64,000 bases of DNA from contig JBHEOT010000006.1 of assembly GCA_046260675.1 (NCBI GenBank), positions 11,186 through 75,185 of the forward strand, in the 5' to 3' direction. This DNA comes from Trueperaceae bacterium. Its GTDB lineage: Bacteria; Deinococcota; Deinococci; Deinococcales; Trueperaceae. Of this stretch, positions 19,637-27,030 are shown in pieces (position 1 is the stretch's first letter; each line of letters starts with the position of its first letter). The position numbers and the translations under genes were made by a program. The notes under the pieces are model-generated. The model had not been told where the DNA came from and did no database searches. It saw only the letters and a program-made list of their open reading frames with translations.

Positions 19637-20610
19637 CGTCCGCCCCACCGGTACGGGGGCGCTTCGCCCCCTCCCCCACCGGCGCGCTGCATCTGGGCAA
19701 CGCGCGCACCGCCCTCCTCGCCTGGGCCTCGGCCCGGGCGCAGGGGGGCGGCTTCGTGATGCGGGTCGAGGACCTCGACCCGCCGCGCACCGTCGCGGCG
19801 GCGGTGGCCGGCAACCTCGACGAGCTGCGCTGGTTGGGCCTGGACTGGGACGAAGGCCCCGACGTCGGCGGGCCGGCCGGTCCGTACCGCCAGAGCGAGC
19901 GCGACGCGCACTACGCGGCGGCGCTCGCCGCCCTCGCCACCGCCGGCCGCCTGGCCGAAGACTGGCTCTCGCGCAAGGACCTGCAGGGCGCTGCGTCGGC
20001 ACCGCACGCTGCGGCGGGCTCGGCGTACGGTCCGCCCGAGCGAGGGCGCTCCGCGCGCCTCGCCGAGGTCCGCCGCGCCGAGGGGCGCGCGCCCTCGTGG
20101 CGCGCGCGGCTCGAACCCGGCACCGTCGTCGCCGACGACGTGCGCCTGGGGCAGCGCACCTTCGACGTGGCGGCGGACGTCGGCGACCTGGTCGTCCGGC
20201 GCAGCGACGGCCTGTGGGCCTACGCGCTGGCGGTGGTGGTGGACGACGCCGCCATGGGCATCACCGAGGTCGTGCGCGGCGACGACCTGTGGGACGCGAC
20301 CGGAGCTCAGGTCGCGCTCGCGGCGGCGCTCGGGCACCCGGCGCCGCGCTACGGCCACGTGCCGCTCCTCCTGGACGCGGACGGCCGCCGTCTGGCCAAA
20401 CGCCGGGGCGCATCGACCGTCGAGGCGTACCGCGCCGACGGCGTCGACCCGCGACGCGTGGTCGGCGCGCTCGCGGCGACCGCGGGGCTGCTCGCCGCCC
20501 CGCGGCCGCTGCACCCGCGCGAACTGGTCGCCGGGTTCGATCTGGCGCGGCTGGCCCCGGATCCCGCGCGCTGGACCGAAGCGCTCGAAGCGTGGGTGCG
20601 CGCGGGCTGA
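19633..20610 (+). CDS. gluQ: glutamyl-Q tRNA(Asp) synthetase (truncated GluRS paralogue)
   Basis: [26 protein letters not shown] and a KMSKS-like LAKRRGAS, with no anticodon-binding domain. The start is uncertain: the only plausible initiator near the conserved N-terminus is CTG 19633, overlapping the sucD TGA. Confidence 0.8.
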   Translation: MTSAPPVRGRFAPSPTGALHLGNARTALLAWASARAQGGGFVMRVEDLDPPRTVAAAVAGNLDELRWLGLDWDEGPDVGGPAGPYRQSERDAHYAAALAALATAGRLAEDWLSRKDLQGAASAPHAAAGSAYGPPERGRSARLAEVRRAEGRAPSWRARLEPGTVVADDVRLGQRTFDVAADVGDLVVRRSDGLWAYALAVVVDDAAMGITEVVRGDDLWDATGAQVALAAALGHPAPRYGHVPLLLDADGRRLAKRRGASTVEAYRADGVDPRRVVGALAATAGLLAAPRPLHPRELVAGFDLARLAPDPARWTEALEAWVRAG

Positions 20611-20675
20611 CCCGGCGGCGCTCGACGTCGGCCGGGCGCTGGCGCGGGCGCGCTAGGCCGGGTACACTCGGCGCC

Positions 20676-20759
20676 ATGCGACCGAGCACGCGCGTCCGGA
20701 CCCCCCGCACCTTCAAGGTGCGCCACCAGTTCTGGTGGCGGTGGAGCACGCCCGACTGA
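20676..20759 (+). CDS. candidate trp leader peptide (27 aa, W-W-R-W)
   Basis: [27 protein letters not shown], with TACACT 7 nt upstream of the ATG. It sits 70 nt upstream of trpB. Confidence 0.5.
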   Translation: MRPSTRVRTPRTFKVRHQFWWRWSTPD

Positions 20760-20786
20760 ACCCGGCCTCCCGACGTCGAGGCCGGG
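20721..20786 (+). promoter_or_regulatory. two perfect 9-bp hairpins in the trp leader (candidate attenuator elements)
   Basis: CGCCACCAG/CTGGTGGCG (20721-20740) covers two Trp codons. CCCGGCCTC/GAGGCCGGG (20761-20786) starts 2 nt after the leader stop. Confidence 0.45.
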
Positions 20787-20829
20787 CGCCTGCGCCCCAC
20801 CTCTCCTCGACCGCACCACCGGAGGACCC

Positions 20830-22043
<1,214 letters not shown>

Positions 22044-22047
<4 letters not shown>

Positions 22048-22901
22048 GCGCGGCCGCGAGCGAGCCGTCCGCCGCGCCGACGCGCGGCGAGGCGCGCGTG
22101 CGCGCGGCGTTCGCCGCCGCTGCCGCGAACGGCCGCGCAGCGTTCGTCCCGTTCCTCACGGGCGGCTTCCCCGACGCCGAGCGCTCGCTCGCCGCCGGGC
22201 GTGCGCTCGCGCGCCACGCGGACGTGCTCGAGGTCGGCCTCCCTTACTCCGACCCGCTCGGCGACGGACCGACCATCCAACGCGCCTCCGAGGTGGCGCT
22301 GGCAGCTGGCGCGACGACCCGCGGCACCTTCGACCTCGTGCGCGCCTTGCGCGCCGGAAGCGACGCCCCGATCGCGGTGATGACCTACTTCAACCCGGTG
22401 TACGCGTACCAGGGTCCCGAGGGCGAGGGCGTGGAGGCGTTCGTACGCGCCGCCGCCGACGCCGGCGTCGATGCGCTGATCCTCCCGGACCTGCCCCCGG
22501 ACGAGGGGGAAGACCTCATCGCCGTCGCGCGCGCGGCCGACGTGGCCACCGTCTTCCTGGTGGCGCCCACCTCGACCGACGCGCGCTTGTCGACCGTGGC
22601 GCACGCCTGCCGCGGGTTCGTCTACGCGGTGTCCGTCACGGGCGTCACGGGCGCGCGCACCGGGGTGCCGGTCGACCTCGCCGAGCTGGTGCGGCGCACC
22701 CGCGCGGCCGGCGGGCTCCCGGTGGCGGTCGGGTTCGGGGTGGCGGACGCGGCGACCGCCGCGGGCGTCGCGGCCGTCGCCGACGGCGTGGTCGTCGGCT
22801 CCGCGCTCGTCGATCGGGTCGGCCGGATGCGGGACGCACACGACGTGGCCGAGCTCGACGCCTTCGCCGCCGCGCTGGCGGCGGCCACCGTGCGCCCGTA
22901 G
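22044..22901 (+). CDS. trpA: tryptophan synthase alpha chain
   Basis: [29 protein letters not shown] and GFGV motifs. The GTG overlaps the trpB TGA. Confidence 0.93.
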
Positions 22902-22923
22902 CCGAGGCGATCGAGCGAACGGG

Positions 22924-23628
22924 TCAATCGCTCCGAACGGCCGCGATCGGTCCGAGGACCAGGTAGAGCTCGGGCGCCACGAAGAGGTCGGCCCCCGAGC
23001 TCGCCTCGCCTGCGACGATGCGCACGAGCACCGGGTCGGACGCACGGTCCGACGTGAGGAGCAGCAGCTGCCCCGGCTGATGCTGCGCCGAGCGCGCGTC
23101 GAAGCCGCGCAGGTCGGCGGCCACCGCCAGCCGCGCGGCACCGTCCACGGCGAGCACGTCGACCCGCACGTCGATCACGCCCCGGCCGATCGCGTCGAGC
23201 GCCTCCGCCCCGGCGCGCGCGAGGTCGATCACGCGCCCCGGGAGGAACGGCCCGCGGTCGTTGATGCGGACCTCGACGGTCGCGCCGGTGTCGAGGTCGG
23301 TCACCCGCACGCGGGTGCCGAACGGCAGCGTGCGATGCGCGGCGGTGAGGTCGCTGGGGTCGAAGATCTCGCCGCTGGCGGTGCGCCGGCCCGCGAAACC
23401 GGGCCCGTACCACGACGCCCCGCCGACGAAGCTCGTGGCGGCGAGCGGCGCTTGCGCCACCTCGACCGGCGTCCCGGCGGGGGCGGCGGTGCGCGCAGGG
23501 GCGCAAGACGCCAGCGCGAGCGCGACGCACGCGGCGGCGAGGGCGGTCGGTCCGGCGGCGCGGCGGAGGTGCGAGCGGTGATGGGGCACGATGCCCGCAG
23601 GATGGCACCCCGACGCGGCCGGCGGCAA
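22924..23628 (-). CDS. rlpA: RlpA-family (double-psi beta-barrel) lipoprotein
   Basis: Lipobox LALASC, then ASWYGPGFAGRRTASGEIFD ... GTRVRVTDL ... VRINDRGPF. Start uncertain: TTG 23628 or GTG 23589. Confidence 0.8.
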   Translation of the reverse strand: MPPAASGCHPAGIVPHHRSHLRRAAGPTALAAACVALALASCAPARTAAPAGTPVEVAQAPLAATSFVGGASWYGPGFAGRRTASGEIFDPSDLTAAHRTLPFGTRVRVTDLDTGATVEVRINDRGPFLPGRVIDLARAGAEALDAIGRGVIDVRVDVLAVDGAARLAVAADLRGFDARSAQHQPGQLLLLTSDRASDPVLVRIVAGEASSGADLFVAPELYLVLGPIAAVRSD

Positions 23629-23654
23629 GGCCGGCGCGCTTCACATGGCTCGGT

Positions 23655-23831
23655 TCAGGCCGCCCAGGTACGGCGGACGAGCTCCTTCTGCGCGAGCACG
23701 AACGCCTCGTAGTCACCGATCTCGGCCGTGCCCTCGGCGATCGCGTTCTCGCAGCGCACGATGATGCGGCTGAGTTCGACGTCGCTCAGGGAGCGAAGCG
23801 GCTCGTGTCGACGGTACGGTTCTTGGTGCAT
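23655..23831 (-). CDS. hypothetical 58-aa protein (below the ORF-track length cut-off)
   Basis: Hand translation gives MHQEPYRRHEPLRSLSDVELSRIIVRCENAIAEGTAEIGDYEAFVLAQKELVRRTWAA. GGAAGGA lies upstream of the ATG and GC3 is about 86%. Confidence 0.4.
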   Translation of the reverse strand: MHQEPYRRHEPLRSLSDVELSRIIVRCENAIAEGTAEIGDYEAFVLAQKELVRRTWAA

Positions 23832-23946
23832 GGCGGCGTCCTTCCCGCAGATCGCGGCGGGGCCTGCTGGCCCCGAGATGCACGAAGGCTAGCGCCGACG
23901 CTCTGACGGGAACCTCACACGCCGAAGCCGGCCGGTATCGTGCAGC

Positions 23947-24723
23947 GTGATCGATACCCATTGCCACCTCGACCGACTCGACGCCCCCACGGACGCCCAC
24001 GCCGAGGGGCTGGTCGCCCTGATCACCGTCGCGACCGCGCCGGACCGCGTGGACGCCGCCCTGGCCGCCGCGGACGCGGACCCGGGGACCTTCGCGATCG
24101 TCGGCGTGCATCCGAACGACGCCGAGGCGGCGTCCGACCCGGCCGGGCGGCGCATCATCGAAGCCGCGCTGGAGCATCCGAAGGTCGTCGGGGTCGGCGA
24201 GACCGGCGTCGACCTCTACTGGGACCGGGTGCCCCTGGACGTCCAGCTCGCGTCGTTCCGATGGCAGGGGGCGCTCGCGCAGGCCCACGACCTGCCGCTG
24301 GTCCTGCACGTCCGGGACGCGAACGGCGCGCGCTGGGGGCATCGCGACGAGGCCTCGCGCGCGACGGCGGCGACGATCGCGGAGCTCGACCACGGGCGCG
24401 GCGTGCTTCACTGCACCAACGGCCACCCCGACCTGCTCCGGGTGGCGCTCGAGCACGGTTGGTACGTCAGCTTCGCAGGCAACCTCACCTACAAGAGCGC
24501 CGAAGCCATCCGCGAAGCGGCGACGGCGGTGCCGCTCGACCGCCTGCTGGTCGAGACCGACGCGCCGTTCCTCGCCCCGGTACCGCACCGAGGGAAAGGC
24601 AACCGCCCCGGCCACGTGCGCCTGACGGCCGCCGAGCTCGCGCGCCTCCGGGGCGTCGCGCCCGAAGCGCTCGAGACCCACCTCGACGCCAACGCGCGGC
24701 GCGCCTTCCGCCTACCCGCCTGA
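23947..24723 (+). CDS. tatD: TatD-family metal-dependent hydrolase
   Basis: IDTHCHLD, GETGVDLYW, VLHCT and ETDAPFLAP motifs. GTG start with TATCGT 5 nt upstream. Confidence 0.9.
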   Translation: MIDTHCHLDRLDAPTDAHAEGLVALITVATAPDRVDAALAAADADPGTFAIVGVHPNDAEAASDPAGRRIIEAALEHPKVVGVGETGVDLYWDRVPLDVQLASFRWQGALAQAHDLPLVLHVRDANGARWGHRDEASRATAATIAELDHGRGVLHCTNGHPDLLRVALEHGWYVSFAGNLTYKSAEAIREAATAVPLDRLLVETDAPFLAPVPHRGKGNRPGHVRLTAAELARLRGVAPEALETHLDANARRAFRLPA

Positions 24724-24737
24724 TCGCGCGCTCGTTC

Positions 24738-25163
24738 TCACTCCGGATCCACGTCCGACGGCAGCTTGCTGCGGCGCACCGCCACGCCGTCGCGGTCGTA
24801 GCGAAGGAGTTCGGCGAGGCGCCGCCGCGACATCACCCGGTGCGGATCGCGGGGCACGAACGCGGTGACGACGTCGACCCACCGCGGCCGATCGTACGCG
24901 ACGACGACGTGCAGCGGCACCCGGACCAGCGGTCCGGCCGGCACCCAACCGAGGACGAGCAAGCGCTGATCGACGAGGTAGCGGGCGAGCTCGCGGCCAT
25001 GCAGCAGCGTCATCACCACGTCGCGCTCGACGAACCCCTCCGTCGTGGCGTGCCGCACGGCGTGCGGACCCAAGCGGTAGCGCCCGTCGCGGACGTGCGG
25101 GCGCAGGTCCTCCAGGGTGCGGCGGACGATGCGGGGCGGGGCTTGGGGGTCGGGCGCGGGCAT
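24738..25163 (-). CDS. DUF4258 domain-containing (toxin-like) protein
   Basis: YRLGPHAVRHATTEGFVERDVVMTLL ... HVVVAYD ... VVTAFVP pattern. GGAGGTG SD. Confidence 0.65.
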   Translation of the reverse strand: MPAPDPQAPPRIVRRTLEDLRPHVRDGRYRLGPHAVRHATTEGFVERDVVMTLLHGRELARYLVDQRLLVLGWVPAGPLVRVPLHVVVAYDRPRWVDVVTAFVPRDPHRVMSRRRLAELLRYDRDGVAVRRSKLPSDVDPE

Positions 25164-25249
25164 CGGACGACCACCTCCGGTGTCGTCATACCTACCACGG
25201 GGCTTCCCAGGATTCCGGGTCCGGGCCACGGTCGTCCTAGGATGCGGCC

Positions 25250-25519
25250 ATGACCGACACCCGACCGATCCCGCCGCCGCCCGCCGTGGACGCGGGCGAC
25301 CTCGACGTGCGCTTCTTCGAGCTCGCCGGCCCGGACGCCCGGGCGGCGCTCGCACCCCTCGCCGACGCCTGGCGACGCACGGGCGCGCTCGTCGAGCTGC
25401 TGAGCGCCGTGGACCAGGACGACCTGTGGCTCCTCGTCGTGCGCGGCGGCCACGAGCCCGAAGCGCTCCCCGTGCCCCGCGGCGCGCGCGTGTGGCGGTT
25501 CCGGAGCGTGGCGCCGTGA
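25250..25519 (+). CDS. hypothetical 89-aa protein
   Basis: TAGGAT lies 6 nt upstream of the ATG. The stop overlaps the GTG of the next gene (GTGA). Confidence 0.55.
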   Translation: MTDTRPIPPPPAVDAGDLDVRFFELAGPDARAALAPLADAWRRTGALVELLSAVDQDDLWLLVVRGGHEPEALPVPRGARVWRFRSVAP

Positions 25520-26469
25520 CCGATCGGGACGTCCCGGCCGCCGAGGGCGCGATCGACGAACCCGCAGCCCCCGCATGGCTCGACGACGCCGCCCACGTCG
25601 TCGTGCCCGGAGCCGACCTCTACGTCGAGCAGGTCGGGCGCCCCGGGGCACCTCCCGTGTACGTGCTGCACGGCGGACCCGGGTACTCGTGCCACTCCGT
25701 GCGCGAGCTGCTCGGCGAGGACCTCGAGCGTTACCGCGTCGTGTACGCGGACCAGCGCGGCGGCGGGCGCAGCTACGCCGACGCCCCGTTCGACCTGGAC
25801 GTCCTGGCCGACGACGTGGCCGCGGTGCTGGGTGCGCTGCGGTTGGCGGACGCGACGCTGCTCGCCCACGGGTTCGGCGCAGCCGTCGCGGTGCGGACCG
25901 CCCGGCGGCATCCCGACCGCGTCCGCGGGATGGTGCTCGTCAACCCGTGGATGTCGATGCCGATGCTCGCGCGCACGCTGCAGCGCGAAGCCGCGGTGCG
26001 CAGCGGGAACGCCGACGCCGCCCTGCCGCCGGAGGCCGCGCTTGCGGACGCCGACGTGCTCGATCCCCAAGGGATCGTCGACGAGGCGTTCGGACGGACC
26101 TCCGCCAAGGCGCTGTTCGACGCGCTGCTGTTCCCCGACGCGTCCGCGCGGCTGCGCCTGGAGCATGCGGACGCGAGCGCCCTCCTCGGACCCACCGAGA
26201 CCGTGGAGTTCCCGGAGCCGTGGCGCGTCGACGTGCGCGCCGAACTGGCCGTGCTGCAGGTGCCGGCCGCGGTCCTCGTCTCGACCCACGACGGCTCCGC
26301 CTACCCGGACCAAGCGGAGGCGGCCCTGTCCGGCCTTCCGCACGGCGTCACCGCCCTGGTCGACGGGGGCCATTACCCCTGGCTGGACGCGGGCGACGCC
26401 TTCCTCGAGTCGCTGCACGCGGCGCTCGCCCACGCGGGCGCGGCGGACGCGCCGGACCGCGATGCGTAG
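25516..26469 (+). CDS. alpha/beta hydrolase fold protein (proline iminopeptidase-like) lacking the nucleophile serine
   Basis: HGGPG oxyanion motif and HP..V..MVLV. The nucleophile elbow reads AHGFGA instead of G-x-S-x-G. The C-terminal GGHYPW histidine is present. Confidence 0.75.
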   Translation: MTDRDVPAAEGAIDEPAAPAWLDDAAHVVVPGADLYVEQVGRPGAPPVYVLHGGPGYSCHSVRELLGEDLERYRVVYADQRGGGRSYADAPFDLDVLADDVAAVLGALRLADATLLAHGFGAAVAVRTARRHPDRVRGMVLVNPWMSMPMLARTLQREAAVRSGNADAALPPEAALADADVLDPQGIVDEAFGRTSAKALFDALLFPDASARLRLEHADASALLGPTETVEFPEPWRVDVRAELAVLQVPAAVLVSTHDGSAYPDQAEAALSGLPHGVTALVDGGHYPWLDAGDAFLESLHAALAHAGAADAPDRDA

Positions 26470-26470
26470 A

Positions 26471-26500
26471 CGCCCGCAGGCGTGAAACGCTTCGCGGGCG
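26471..26500 (+). terminator. imperfect GC hairpin after the hydrolase gene
   Basis: CGCCCGC..GCGT-gaa-ACGC..GCGGGCG. No U-tract. Confidence 0.35.
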
Positions 26501-26529
26501 CCCTCACGGACGCGTGCTAGCATCTCGAG

Positions 26530-27030
26530 ATGCTGAAGCCGAACCTCCATGTTGCGTCGGTGACGGACGTTACCGTCGCTTGGCTGCGGGAGCACGGGGT
26601 GCGCGCCGTGCTCATCGACGCCGACGACACGCTCGTCGTCCGCGACGGCGCGCCCGTCGGCACCGACGTACGGGCGTGGCTCGACGCCCTGAAGGCTGCC
26701 GGGATCGCCGTCGCGCTGCTGTCCAACGGCACCCGCGCGCGCGTCGCCGCGCTCGGGGTCGACCTCGGCGTGCGGGCGTTCGCCCTGTCCGGCAAACCGT
26801 TCGGGTTCGCCTTCCGGCGCGGTTTGCGCGCGCTCGGCAGCGACGCCCGCCACACCGCGATGGTGGGCGATCAGCTCTTCACCGACGTCTTCGGCGCGAA
26901 CTGCGCCGGCTTGATCTCGATCCTCGTCACCCCGCTCTCGCCCGGCCGGCACGCCCACACGCGCGCCGCCCGGCGGCTCGAGCGTTGGGTGCTCGCCGGA
27001 GGTGGCCATGGCCGTCCTGTCGATCGGTGA
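26530..27030 (+). CDS. YqeG-family HAD-IIIA phosphatase
   Basis: LIDADDTLV, LLSNG, SGKP and MVGDQLFTDV motifs. TAGCAT lies 6 nt upstream of the ATG. Confidence 0.85.
   Translation: MLKPNLHVASVTDVTVAWLREHGVRAVLIDADDTLVVRDGAPVGTDVRAWLDALKAAGIAVALLSNGTRARVAALGVDLGVRAFALSGKPFGFAFRRGLRALGSDARHTAMVGDQLFTDVFGANCAGLISILVTPLSPGRHAHTRAARRLERWVLAGGGHGRPVDR

Noticed and set aside
20787-20829. SD sequestration of trpB by the CCTCTCC tract (20799-20806).
   Set aside because: Only about 4 bp of complementarity to GGAGGA, which is too weak to claim.
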